From Phycisphaera mikurensis NBRC 102666 (GTDB lineage Bacteria; Planctomycetota; Phycisphaerae; Phycisphaerales; Phycisphaeraceae), in assembly GCF_000284115.1 (NCBI RefSeq), contig NC_017080.1:930001-962000 (forward strand): a stretch of 32,000 nt of DNA. Reading direction: 5' to 3'. Under the pieces are notes generated by a model. It was not told the DNA's origin. It did no database searches and saw nothing but the letters and a program-made list of their open reading frames with translations. This document shows, piece after piece, positions 11,768-21,120 of this stretch. The stretch's first letter is position 1. Each line of letters starts with the position of its first letter. The translations under genes and the position numbers were made by a program.

Positions 11768-11901
11768 TGCGGCGGCCGTCGCTCCTCCGACCGGGCGGAT
11801 CCGATCGGCGGGGACTCCCGTCTGAGGGCCCTTCTCCTGCCCCTCGGCCCTTCACCGCCGGGCGGATCTCGCCGCGACCGAGCTCCGATAGACTCCGGCC
11901 C

Positions 11902-12174
11902 ATGGCCGACACCCTTCACTGCACCATCACCACCCCGGAGGCTCAGGTCTTCGACGCCGCGGTCGCGTCGGTCACGCTTCCGTCCCACGACGGCCGCATC
12001 GGCGTGCTCAAGAGCCACGCCCCGATGATGGTGGAGCTCGGCGAGGGCGAGCTGTCGATCGAGCCGACCGACCGACACGAGGCCCGCACCCGCTACGCGA
12101 TCCAAGGCGGCTTCGCGCAGATCAAGAGCAACCAGCTGGTGGTGCTGACGGCGGCGGCCGAGCCCCGGGCCTGA
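11902..12174 (+). CDS. atpC: F0F1 ATP synthase epsilon subunit
   Basis: MADTLHCTITTPEAQVFDAAVASVTLPSHDGRIGVLKSHAPMMVELGEGELSI...YAIQGGFAQIKSNQLVVL. Confidence 0.93.
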   Translation: MADTLHCTITTPEAQVFDAAVASVTLPSHDGRIGVLKSHAPMMVELGEGELSIEPTDRHEARTRYAIQGGFAQIKSNQLVVLTAAAEPRA

Positions 12175-12334
12175 GCCCGAACAAGGAACGTCCGGGCGTC
12201 GCTGGGCGGGAGCGACGGCGGGCGCCCCAACCCGCCCCGGCGGGCCCTCGCCCGCTCCCACCGGCCACCCTCCCAGCCCCCGCCCCCCGCTCGCTCCGGC
12301 CGCGAACGCTCCGGGGAGCCGCCGCTGCGGCCGG

Positions 12335-12380
12335 CCGCGGATCGTCGGTCTTCTCCCGCGTTTCGGCTCGCGGTCCGCGG
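12335..12380. repeat. 46-bp dyad, copy 3 (one arm mismatch, upstream of mrdA)
   Basis: CCGCGGATCG TCGGTCTTCTCCCGCGTTTCGGCTCG CGGTCCGCGG. Confidence 0.65.
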
Positions 12381-12415
12381 GAATCGCCGCCCGCTCGCGT
12401 CGGTAGAGACTCCCC

Positions 12416-14902
12416 ATGCGGTCGTTCCTGCGGCAATCGGTCCCGAGCATGTTCCACCGGCGGCTGCTGCTGCTGGGCGGCCTCGCCGCCGCGGTGGCGG
12501 CCGTGCTGGTCGTGCAGGCGGCGCGGCTGGCCACGGGCGACTCGCACCGGGAGCTGCTCGGCGAGGCCGAGGCGGCCATGGTCCGCGAGAGCCTGATCCC
12601 CACCGTCCGCGGGCGGATCTACGACCGGCACGGGCGGGTGCTGGCCCGGGACGAGCCGGGGTGGTCGGTGGCGCTGCCCTACCCGCTGTTTACCGGGGGT
12701 TGGGCCTACGAGGCGGCGTCTCGGGCGGCCGAGGCCGAGGCGGGGCGGGCGTGGCGCTCGATGGAGGAGGCGGCGCGGGAGGCGGCGATCGGGCCGCGCC
12801 TGGACGGCTTCCGCCGGCAGCGCGACATGTTCTGGCTCGCGTTGCCGGACCTTCTCCGGGTCGAACCCGCCGAGCTGCTGGCCGCCCGCGATCGGGTGGT
12901 CAAGCGGGTCCGCACGGTGAAGGCGCAGTACATCGGGCGCCGCCTGCAGGAGCGCCGGCTCGAGACCGGCGACCCGGACGCCGACTGGGCGGACATCCAG
13001 GACGACACGGTCGCGGAGGAGCTGGCCACGCACGCCATCGCCACCGGCGTGCCCGACCCCGCGGCCACGCTGCTCAAGGAGCTCGCGGCCGATGCGCGGG
13101 CGAAGGCGGCCGCCGCGGACCGCGAGGGGGCGACCGCGGCCGAGCGGGCGGCCGCCGAGGAGACGGCCATCTGGCGGGAGGTGGGGGTGGAGCGGAGCCG
13201 CGACCGCGTCTACCCGCGAACGGTGGCGCGGGTGTCTCTGGATCGCTCCGGCTTCCCCTCGACGCTGGCGAGCGACGAGCCGGTCGAGGTGGAGCTGCCC
13301 GGCGTCGCGGTCCACGTGCTCGGGCAGCTCAAGCCGCTGTACGCCGGCGAGAAGCGGCTGGGGGCGCGGCCGCTGGCGATCCGGGGTGACCCCGTGTCCG
13401 GCGAGCCGGCGGACCTGGGCGGCTACCGCGTGGGGGACCCGGCGGGGCACTTCGGCGTGGAGCGGGTGCTCGAGCCGACGCTGCGCGGCCGCCGCGGCAA
13501 GGAGGTCCGCCGGCTGGAGGCCGACGCGGACGGCGTCAAGCGTGTCCTCCGCACCGAGCCCGTCGCCGGCGACCAGGTGACGCTGACCCTGGACATCGAG
13601 CTCCAGGCCTACCTCGAGGCCCTGCTGTCGCCCCGGCCGGACGTGGGGCTGATGACGGTGCAGCCGTGGCTGAAGGCGGAGGTCCCGCCGGGCACGGTGC
13701 TCACCGGGGCACTCGTGGTGATGGAGATCGCCACCGGCGAGATCCTCGGCGCCGCGACCGCGCCGGGCATGTCGCGGGCGGTGCTGGAGGAAGACCCCGC
13801 GGAGATCTACCAGGACTTCACCTTCGAGCCTTGGACCTTCCGCCCCACGGCGTACCCGCGGATGCCCGGTTCGACCATCAAGCCGCTTGTGCTCGCGGCG
13901 GCCATCACCGACGGCGTCTGGGGGGCGGACGAGGTGATGGACGTGTCCAGCGGCCACCTCTACCCGAAACAGCCGAATCTCTTCCGCGACTGGTGGCAGC
14001 GGCAGCCCGGGGGCGCCGGCCTCGTCACGACGCTCGACGGGCCGACCGCGATCAAGATCAGCGGGAACGTCTTCTTCGGGCGACTGGCGCAGAAGCTCGG
14101 GCCCCAGCGGCTCGCCTGGTGGTACCGCCAGCTGGGCGTCGGGGAGAAGGCCGACCTGCCCGTGCGGGAATCGGCCGGCTCGCTCTTCGACCCGCTCGCG
14201 GCCGACGCCGGGCCGCAGGCCGACAACACCGCCATCGGCCAGGGCCAGCTGAGCATGACGCCGGCCCAGCTCGCCGCCGCTCACGCGACGCTCGCCCGCG
14301 GCGGCCGCCACCTGCCCCCGAAGCTAGTCCGCGGCCTGCCGGCGCGCCCGCACGAGGGCGCGTCGGTGCGCTTCAGCACCGAGGCGGTGCAGGCGGCGCT
14401 CCTGGGGATGTGGAAGTCGGGCAACGAGGCGAAGGGCCGCGACCTCACCTACGGCACCACGTACCAGTTCTCGCTGGGCGGGGGCGCGTACCACAGGATC
14501 TTCAGCGTCAGCAACGTGAACGTCTTCGCCAAGAGCGGCTCGGCGCAGGTCGACGGCGGCACCGTGGAAAAGTTCGACGAGGACGGCGACGGCCTCGTCG
14601 ACCGCTTCGGCGAGGTCGTGCGGAGCGGGGCGCACGGCTGGGCGGTGGCGCTGGTCGGTCCCGTCGACCACGAGCCGCTGTACGCGATCGTCGCGCTCGC
14701 CGAGCACGGCTACTCGGGCGGCACGTCGGCCGGCCCGATGGTGAACGAGGCCATCGTGGCGCTGCAGAAGTTCGGGTACCTCCCGCCCGGCGCCTCGGGC
14801 CCGGGCGCCGCCGCCGACGGCCCGCAGCGGGTGTCCTTCCCGGAGGCCGGAGACGAGCCCGCCGACCCGGCGCCGGCCGCGCTCGCGAGCTCGGGTCGCT
14901 GA
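12416..14902 (+). CDS. mrdA: Penicillin-binding protein 2 (peptidoglycan D,D-transpeptidase)
   Basis: N-terminal anchor, RGRIYDRHGRVLARD, active-site MPGSTIKP (SxxK), TAIKISGNVFF (SxN), AKSGSAQVDGG (KSG); directly followed by rodA. Confidence 0.92.
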   Translation: MRSFLRQSVPSMFHRRLLLLGGLAAAVAAVLVVQAARLATGDSHRELLGEAEAAMVRESLIPTVRGRIYDRHGRVLARDEPGWSVALPYPLFTGGWAYEAASRAAEAEAGRAWRSMEEAAREAAIGPRLDGFRRQRDMFWLALPDLLRVEPAELLAARDRVVKRVRTVKAQYIGRRLQERRLETGDPDADWADIQDDTVAEELATHAIATGVPDPAATLLKELAADARAKAAAADREGATAAERAAAEETAIWREVGVERSRDRVYPRTVARVSLDRSGFPSTLASDEPVEVELPGVAVHVLGQLKPLYAGEKRLGARPLAIRGDPVSGEPADLGGYRVGDPAGHFGVERVLEPTLRGRRGKEVRRLEADADGVKRVLRTEPVAGDQVTLTLDIELQAYLEALLSPRPDVGLMTVQPWLKAEVPPGTVLTGALVVMEIATGEILGAATAPGMSRAVLEEDPAEIYQDFTFEPWTFRPTAYPRMPGSTIKPLVLAAAITDGVWGADEVMDVSSGHLYPKQPNLFRDWWQRQPGGAGLVTTLDGPTAIKISGNVFFGRLAQKLGPQRLAWWYRQLGVGEKADLPVRESAGSLFDPLAADAGPQADNTAIGQGQLSMTPAQLAAAHATLARGGRHLPPKLVRGLPARPHEGASVRFSTEAVQAALLGMWKSGNEAKGRDLTYGTTYQFSLGGGAYHRIFSVSNVNVFAKSGSAQVDGGTVEKFDEDGDGLVDRFGEVVRSGAHGWAVALVGPVDHEPLYAIVALAEHGYSGGTSAGPMVNEAIVALQKFGYLPPGASGPGAAADGPQRVSFPEAGDEPADPAPAALASSGR

Positions 14903-16084
14903 GTGCTCTCGCGCCTCGTCAGCCTCGGCCGCGACCTCGCCCGGCCCAACGCGGCCTGGCTGGGCGTGGCCGCGGCCGTCGCGCTCACCTGGATCGGCAT
15001 CGCCGCCATCGGCACGGTGCGGCCCGACTACGCCGCCAAGCAGGCCCGCTGGCTGGTGATCGGCCTGGGCGGGATGGCGGCCTTCCTGCTGCCGCCGCCG
15101 CGGGTGCTCGGCCGCTGGTCCTACGCCGGCTTCGTCCTGACGATCGTGCTGCTGGTGTTGCTGATCCTCCCGGGCATGCCGCGCTCGCTCGTGCCGCGGA
15201 TCAACGCCGCGACCAGCTGGATCAACCTGGGGTTCATGAACTACCAGCCGGCGGAGACGGCGAAGGTCTTCTTCGTGCTCGCGCTGGCCTGGTACCTGCG
15301 GCACCGCGAGAGCCACCGCTTCCTCACGGGGCTGCTCCCGCCCTTCGTGCTGATGCTCGTGCCCGTGGGCCTCATCATGAAGCAGCCCGACCTGGGCAGC
15401 GCCCTGCTCTTCGGCCCCACGCTGCTCATCGTGCTGGTCGCCGCGGGTGCCCGGTTGCGGCACCTCGGCGGACTCGTCGGCGCCGGCACGCTCGTGGTCG
15501 CCGTCGTCGCCGGCGTCACGCTCTTCGCGCCCGAGAACGCGCAGATCCTCCAGCCGCACCAGCAGGTCCGCATCCGCGCCCTCTTCGCCCAGGCCCAGGG
15601 CGACGACCGCTACCGGCTGACCAGCGCTTTCCAGCAGACCAAGGCCGTGACGCTCGTCGGCGCGGGCGGGATCTCCGGGCACGGGCGCGACCGCAGCGGG
15701 CAGATGATCGCCTTCAACGGCCTGCCCTTCCCCTACAACGACATGATCTTCCCGGTGGTCGCCAACCGCTGGGGGCTCGCCGGCTCCGCGGGCGTGGTCG
15801 GGCTGTTCCTGCTGATGGTCGGCAGCTTCCTGGCGGTCGCCGCCCGCGCCCGCGACCCCTTCGCCCGGCTCGCCTGCGTCGGCTTCGCCGCGATGATCTT
15901 CGTGCAGGCGGCGCTGAACGTGGCGATGTGCCTGCGGCTCGCGCCGATCACCGGCATCACGCTGCCGTTCATGAGCTACGGCGGATCGTCGCTGCTGTCG
16001 AGCTTCACGATGCTCGGCCTCGTGCTCAACTTCGCGGCCCGGCGCGAGCGCGGGTTCACGCGCAAGTCCTTCGAGTTCGAGTGA
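14903..16084 (+). CDS. rodA: Rod-shape-determining protein RodA (SEDS family), GTG start
   Basis: SEDS-type helices; LMKQPDLGSALLF, NRWGLAGSAGVVGLFLL, PITGITLPFMSYGGSSLLSSFTMLGLVLNF. The start abuts the mrdA stop. Confidence 0.93.
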   Translation: MLSRLVSLGRDLARPNAAWLGVAAAVALTWIGIAAIGTVRPDYAAKQARWLVIGLGGMAAFLLPPPRVLGRWSYAGFVLTIVLLVLLILPGMPRSLVPRINAATSWINLGFMNYQPAETAKVFFVLALAWYLRHRESHRFLTGLLPPFVLMLVPVGLIMKQPDLGSALLFGPTLLIVLVAAGARLRHLGGLVGAGTLVVAVVAGVTLFAPENAQILQPHQQVRIRALFAQAQGDDRYRLTSAFQQTKAVTLVGAGGISGHGRDRSGQMIAFNGLPFPYNDMIFPVVANRWGLAGSAGVVGLFLLMVGSFLAVAARARDPFARLACVGFAAMIFVQAALNVAMCLRLAPITGITLPFMSYGGSSLLSSFTMLGLVLNFAARRERGFTRKSFEFE

Positions 16085-16138
16085 ATCGCCGGGGGCGACA
16101 ATGCACCCGGTGGCGGTCCCCGACCCCGCCGCTCCGAA

Positions 16139-16669
16139 TCATTGCTGCGGGATCAGCACGCGGTCGATGACGTGCACCACGCCGTTGCTCGCCTCCAGCC
16201 CCGCACGCACCACCTTCGCGTCGTTGACGACGATCTCGCCCCCGGTGGAAGCGAGGTTCAGGTCGTTGCCGTACAGGCTCTCGAAAACGGCGTCCGGCAC
16301 GCCGCCGTCGGGCATCTTCTCCTCGGTCACGTGGTACGTCACGACCGCCGTCAAGAGCTCCTTGTTCGCCGGATCCTCGAGCTTCTCGAGGTACCCGGCG
16401 GGCAGGGCGTCGAAGGCGGCGTCGGCCGGGGCGAAGACGGTGAAGAAGGGATTCTCCGTCTGCAGCACCTGGACCGCGCCGCCGAGCTTCACCAGCCGCG
16501 CGAAGGTGGTGAGGTCCAGCTCGGCGTCGAGGACGTCGATCAGGTTGTTGCCGGAGGCCGCGTCGTGATCGAAGACGGTGCGATCCCGCTCGGTGTTGTA
16601 CTTCGGGGCGCAGGCGGCGAGCCCGCCGGTCGCGGCGAGCAGCAGGACGGCGGGGAGGCGGTGCTTCAT
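16139..16669 (-). CDS. Fasciclin (FAS1) domain lipoprotein
   Basis: Lipoprotein signal MKHRLPAVLLLAATGGLAAC; NLIDVLDAELDLTTFARLVKLGG...FTVFAPADAAFDALP...VVHVIDRVLIP. Confidence 0.9.
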   Translation of the reverse strand: MKHRLPAVLLLAATGGLAACAPKYNTERDRTVFDHDAASGNNLIDVLDAELDLTTFARLVKLGGAVQVLQTENPFFTVFAPADAAFDALPAGYLEKLEDPANKELLTAVVTYHVTEEKMPDGGVPDAVFESLYGNDLNLASTGGEIVVNDAKVVRAGLEASNGVVHVIDRVLIPQQ

Positions 16670-16704
16670 GCCGCACGCTACGGAGGCCCCCACGGCCCGG
16701 CCAC

Positions 16705-16750
16705 CCGCGGACCGCGGCGGGTACACGCCGCCCGCGGCGACGGTCCGCGG
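16705..16750. repeat. 46-bp dyad, copy 4 (intergenic)
   Basis: CCGCGGACCG CGGCGGGTACACGCCGCCCGCGGCGA CGGTCCGCGG. Confidence 0.75.
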
Positions 16751-16838
16751 GCCCGCGGCGCAGCACGACGCCGCGGACCCCGGGGGAGCCGCGGCGTGAG
16801 GAAGGCTCGGAGGCGGCGGGTCGCCCCACCGCCGGGCG

Positions 16839-17354
16839 TCAGTGCGCGGCCTGAGCGTTGACGCCGGTCTGGGCCGTCGCGAGCTCCTTGAGCTTCTCGT
16901 CGGCGGCGATGTGCTGCGAGAGCAGGTCGTCGAGCGTCTGCTCGAGGTTGTGCTTGCCCATCGCGCCCAGCTGGCAGCGGGTGCTGCCGTAGCCGGCCAT
17001 GAAGTAGTGGTGCGCCCGCTGGGCGTTGGCGATGAGGGCCGAGTCCAGGACGGCCGGGTCGCCCTTGGCGTCGAGCGTCTCGGAGGTCTCCTGCATGATG
17101 CCCTTGGCCGCGTGGCAGGTCACCCGCTCGACGTCGAAGCCGAGCCCCTCGAACAGCGTCTCGATCGTCTTGACGCGGGCCGAGGCGGCCGCGTGCTGCG
17201 TCTTGAAGAGGCTCTGGAGCTCGGCGTTGCTCGCCTTCTCCACCATCTTCTCGAGGGTGTCGTGGAAGCGGAACTCCGCGTCGTACAGGTCGGCGACCTG
17301 GTGGTGGACGAAGTCTTTGAGAGTGTCGTAACGGTCGGCGAAGATGAGTCCCAT
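16839..17354 (-). CDS. Ferritin-like DUF892 (YciE/YciF-like) family protein
   Basis: LKDFVHHQVADLYDAEFRFHDTLEKMVEKASNAELQSLFKTQHAAASARVKTIETLFEGLG...CHAAKGIMQE matches the family pattern. Confidence 0.78.
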   Translation of the reverse strand: MGLIFADRYDTLKDFVHHQVADLYDAEFRFHDTLEKMVEKASNAELQSLFKTQHAAASARVKTIETLFEGLGFDVERVTCHAAKGIMQETSETLDAKGDPAVLDSALIANAQRAHHYFMAGYGSTRCQLGAMGKHNLEQTLDDLLSQHIAADEKLKELATAQTGVNAQAAH

Positions 17355-17553
17355 GTTGGAATCCTTGGTTGGTGTTTCAGCCCGTACGACCGAAACGCTA
17401 GCGCCAGCCCGGCGGATTTCCACCCGCCAGTCGGCGAAAGCCCGGCGGTGCGGCGGCCGCCGGTTCCTCTCCCCGCGCGGCGGAACACGCGCCGCTTCGG
17501 GAGGCGGCCGCCGCGGACGCGGCCTCCCGGCCGGCCCGCGACCCGCCTCGCCG

Positions 17554-19113
17554 CTACCGCTCGTCGAGCTTCGCCGCCAGCCTCTCCTCCGCCGACATCT
17601 TCGTCTTCCCCCGGATCAGCAGCTTGATCGGCACCTCCGAGAAGGGCAGCTCCTCGCGGATGTTGTTCATCAGGTACCGCTGGTAGTTGTGATCGAACAG
17701 CTCCGGGTCGTTGACGAACAGCGCCAGCGTGGGCGGGTTCGTCGCCGGCATCGTCGCGTAGAAGAGACGCGGCTGCTTGCCCGCCCGGTTCGTGCCCGGC
17801 CCGCGCCTCTGGTAGACGGCCTCGAAGAAGCGGTTGAGCTCGCCCGTGCCGACGCGGTGGCTGCTCTGCTCGTGCAGGTTGTGGGCCAGGGCGACCACGT
17901 CGCGGAGCCCGGTGCCGTTCTTCGCCGAGATGAAGACGATCGGGGCGAAGTCCAGCCCGCGGAGCGCGTCTTCCAGGTAGGTGACGTACGCCTCCTGGTC
18001 CATCACCCGGTTGCCCTCCTTGTCGCGGCCGATCAGGTCCCACTTGTTGACCACGATCACGCAGGGCTTGTAGTGCTTCTGCACCTCCTGGCTGAGGATC
18101 TGGTCGACCTGGCTCACCGGCACGGTCGCGTCGAGCAGCAGCAGCACCACGTCGGCCCGGCGGACGCTCCGCAGCGAGCGGTGCTGGCTGTAGAACTCGA
18201 TGGAGTCGCCGAGGCTCTTGGTCTTCCGGACGCCGGCGGTGTCGATGGCCGTGAAGGCCACGGGGGGCTCCGCGGGATCGACGGCCTTCATCGTGACCTC
18301 CACGTCGATGGAGTCTCGCGTGGTGCCCGCCTTCTCGCTGACGATAACCCGCTGCTGGCCCGCGAGCGCGTTGAGCAGCGTGCTCTTCCCGGCGTTCCGC
18401 TTGCCGACGAGCGCGAGCTTCAGGCCGCTTCCCAGCGGGTCCCGCGGGCCCATGCCCGCGTCGGTCCGCTGCTTGCGGGCTTCCTTGGCCGCCTCCCGCA
18501 GCCGGGCCTCGAGCTCGTGGCGGTTGTGCCGCGTCGTCGCCGAGACGAAGACCGGCTCGCCGAAGCCCAGCTTCATCGCCTCCCAGCCCTCGGTCGCCTG
18601 GGTCGGCGCATCCATCTTGTTGGCCACCACGACGACGGGCTTGGCCGACCGGTTCGGCTGGCCCGGCTTGCCCCCTCCTGATCCGGCACCGCTCTCCCGA
18701 AGGACCTTCGCCGCCCGCTCGTCCAGCGGCGTCACGCCGTCGACCGCGTCGATGACGAACAGCACCGCGTCGCACTCGCCGAGGCCCTCGGCGATCTGCC
18801 GCTCCACCTCGCCGGCGAGATCGTCGCGGTCGACGATGCCGTAGCCGCCGGTGTCGACGATCTCCAGCGACAGCATCCCGCCGGAGCCGTCCTCCAGCGG
18901 GATCTGGGCCCCGGTCGAGAGCCGGTCCCGCGTCACGCCGGCGGTCGGGTCCACGATCGACACCCGCCGCCCCGCGAGCATGTTCATCAGGCTGGACTTG
19001 CCCACGTTGGGCCGCCCGACGATCGCGAATCGGATCGGATCGGCCCCCACCGGCAGCGGGAAGTCCGTCGTGTCGTCGTTCTCGTCGCGGTTGGGGGGGG
19101 GAGCGGGTTGCAT
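17554..19113 (-). CDS. der: Ribosome biogenesis GTPase Der (EngA)
   Basis: Two GTPase domains (FAIVGRPNVGKSSLMNML and LALVGKRNAGKSTLLNAL) plus KH-like C-terminus. Confidence 0.96.
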   Translation of the reverse strand: MQPAPPPNRDENDDTTDFPLPVGADPIRFAIVGRPNVGKSSLMNMLAGRRVSIVDPTAGVTRDRLSTGAQIPLEDGSGGMLSLEIVDTGGYGIVDRDDLAGEVERQIAEGLGECDAVLFVIDAVDGVTPLDERAAKVLRESGAGSGGGKPGQPNRSAKPVVVVANKMDAPTQATEGWEAMKLGFGEPVFVSATTRHNRHELEARLREAAKEARKQRTDAGMGPRDPLGSGLKLALVGKRNAGKSTLLNALAGQQRVIVSEKAGTTRDSIDVEVTMKAVDPAEPPVAFTAIDTAGVRKTKSLGDSIEFYSQHRSLRSVRRADVVLLLLDATVPVSQVDQILSQEVQKHYKPCVIVVNKWDLIGRDKEGNRVMDQEAYVTYLEDALRGLDFAPIVFISAKNGTGLRDVVALAHNLHEQSSHRVGTGELNRFFEAVYQRRGPGTNRAGKQPRLFYATMPATNPPTLALFVNDPELFDHNYQRYLMNNIREELPFSEVPIKLLIRGKTKMSAEERLAAKLDER

Positions 19114-19340
19114 GACGCGGAGCAGTATCGCGTGGGTGCGCGTCGGCTGCGCCATCCAAGAGACGAAGCGACGCAGCGGGGGGTGTCGTGCGGTGGGGCT
19201 GCGTCGCCCGCGAAGGTCGGGGCTGCGAGCTCCGGCATCGAAGTTGGCGATCCACGCCGCCTCGACCCTCGCGCGTCGCCCGGACGTCGCTTCGTCTCTT
19301 CCCGAACAGCGAGCGGCGCAGCCGCTCATGCCTTCCACCT

Positions 19341-20462
19341 TCAGACCGCGTCCCGCAGCGTCAGGTTCTTCCCGTACTCGCCGGTCTCGAAGAGGTGCAG
19401 CTTGTCGGGGTCCAGGAAGAGCTTCACGGCCGTGCCCTCCTCGATGACCTCCGCCTTCACGCGGGCGACCAGGCGGCCGCCGCCGGCAACCGAGACGAAC
19501 ATGTCCATCATGTTGCCCAGCGGCTCGACCACGTCCAGCTCGCCGTCGATGGCCATGTCCTCGCGGTTCGCCTCGGCCGTCGGGTGCAGCTCCAGCCCCT
19601 CGGGCCGGATGCCCAGCACGACCTCCTGGCCGACGTGCTGCTGAGCGACCTCGCCGTGGTGGCCGTCGAGCACCACGCGGCCGGCGTCGCTCTGGAAGAC
19701 CGCGCGGCCGTCCTCGGCGACGATCCGCCCGTCGATGAAGTTCATCGGCGGCGTGCCGAGGAAGGCCGCGACGAACCGGTTGACCGGCTGGCGGTACACG
19801 CCCAGCGGCGTGTCGCACTGCTGGATGTGCCCGCCGGACATGACGACCACGCGGTCGCCGAGGGTCATCGCCTCCTCCTGGTCGTGCGTCACGTAGATCG
19901 TGGTGGTCGACAGCCGCTTGTGGAGCCGCTTGAGCTCCGCCCGCGTCTCCACCCGCAGCTTCGCGTCGAGGTTCGAAAGCGGCTCATCGAAGAGGAAGAC
20001 CGAGGGGTCGCGGACGATCGCCCGGCCCAGGGCGACACGCTGCCGCTGGCCACCCGAGAGCGCCTTGGGCCGCCGCTCCAGCAGCTCGGTGATGCCGAGG
20101 ATCTTCGCCGCGTCCCGCACCCGCTTGTCGATCTCGACCTTCGGGAACTTCCGCAGCTTCAGCCCGAAGGCCATGTTCTTGTACACCGTCATGTGCGGGT
20201 ACAGGGCGTAGTTCTGGAACACCATCGCGATGTCGCGGTCCTTGGGGGCGACGTGGTTCACCACGCGGCCGCCGATGGAGATCGTGCCGCCGGTGATGTC
20301 TTCGAGGCCCGCGACCATCCGCAGCGTCGTGGACTTGCCGCAGCCCGAGGGCCCGACCAGCACGAGGAACTCGCCGTCGTTGATGTGGAGCGAGATGCCG
20401 CGGACCGCGGTCACGTCGCCCTCGTAGGTCTTCACCACGTCCTGGATCTGTACGTCTGCCAA
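19341..20462 (-). CDS. ABC transporter ATP-binding protein, UgpC/MsmK-type sugar importer ATPase (TTG start)
   Basis: LVGPSGCGKSTTLRMVAGLEDI Walker A, LSGGQRQRVALGRAIVRDPSVFLFDEPLSNLDAKLR, and C-terminal TOBE-like regulatory domain. Confidence 0.93.
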   Translation of the reverse strand: MADVQIQDVVKTYEGDVTAVRGISLHINDGEFLVLVGPSGCGKSTTLRMVAGLEDITGGTISIGGRVVNHVAPKDRDIAMVFQNYALYPHMTVYKNMAFGLKLRKFPKVEIDKRVRDAAKILGITELLERRPKALSGGQRQRVALGRAIVRDPSVFLFDEPLSNLDAKLRVETRAELKRLHKRLSTTTIYVTHDQEEAMTLGDRVVVMSGGHIQQCDTPLGVYRQPVNRFVAAFLGTPPMNFIDGRIVAEDGRAVFQSDAGRVVLDGHHGEVAQQHVGQEVVLGIRPEGLELHPTAEANREDMAIDGELDVVEPLGNMMDMFVSVAGGGRLVARVKAEVIEEGTAVKLFLDPDKLHLFETGEYGKNLTLRDAV

Positions 20463-20595
20463 AAGAGAGTCTTCCGAAGGAGGAGAGGAACTGCCCGCGT
20501 TTCGCGGCGGGCCCAAAGGGCACCCACCGCACGCATCGCTGCCCGCGTCCGCGGGCAAGCCGCAAGGCTATCAGCCCGGGTCGGGCTCGCCGGAT

Positions 20596-20641
20596 CCGCG
20601 GACCGTCGGCTCCGGAGCCTCTCGAGACCGACGGTCCGCGG
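20596..20641. repeat. 46-bp dyad, copy 5 (intergenic, 14-bp perfect arms)
   Basis: CCGCGGACCGTCGG CTCCGGAGCCTCTCGAGA CCGACGGTCCGCGG. Confidence 0.8.
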
Positions 20642-20709
20642 CGTCGGGGTCATCTCGGACGCCGCTGCCCAGCGGGCGCGTCGCTCGGCCCCGCGTCGAG
20701 GTCCGGCCC

Positions 20710-21120
20710 TCAATCCGTTGCAAAGTACCGCTGCAGCAGCATGACCGCCGCCAGTCCGTCCCGCCGCGTCTTCTTCTGCTTGTGCGTCAGCCCCGACCGG
20801 CCCATCGCCTCGTCCGCTTCCAGCGAGCTCCGCCGCTCGTCCACCAGGTGCACCGGCACGCCGAACCGTTCCGCCGCCTCCGCCGCGAACGCCCGCGCCC
20901 GCCTCGCCGCCTTGCCCGCCGACCCGTCCATGTGCAGCGGCAGGCCCAGCACCAGCGCGTCGGGCGTCTCCCGCTCGACGATCCGCGCGAGCCGCGTCCA
21001 ACGCTCCGGCCCCGGCGGCGCCACGACCGCCGGCAGCGGCGAAGCGATCCCCGTCGCGTCGTCCCCCAGCGCCAGCCCCGTCCGCTTGTTGCCGAGGTCG
21101 ATGGCGAGGAAGCGCGGCAC
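20710..21120 (-). CDS. ruvX: RuvX/YqgF-family putative Holliday junction resolvase (GTG start), intact copy
   Basis: (V)PRFLAIDLGNKRTGLALGDDATGIASPLP...ALVLGLPLHMDGSAG...VPVHLVDERRSSLEAD...KTRRDGLAAVMLLQRYF. Confidence 0.92.
   Translation of the reverse strand: MPRFLAIDLGNKRTGLALGDDATGIASPLPAVVAPPGPERWTRLARIVERETPDALVLGLPLHMDGSAGKAARRARAFAAEAAERFGVPVHLVDERRSSLEADEAMGRSGLTHKQKKTRRDGLAAVMLLQRYFATD

Noticed and set aside
17554-20462. Extended upstream starts for der and the ABC ATPase as given in the ORF track
   Set aside because: The upstream extensions are low-complexity; conserved domain starts support 19113 (der) and the TTG at 20462 (ABC ATPase).
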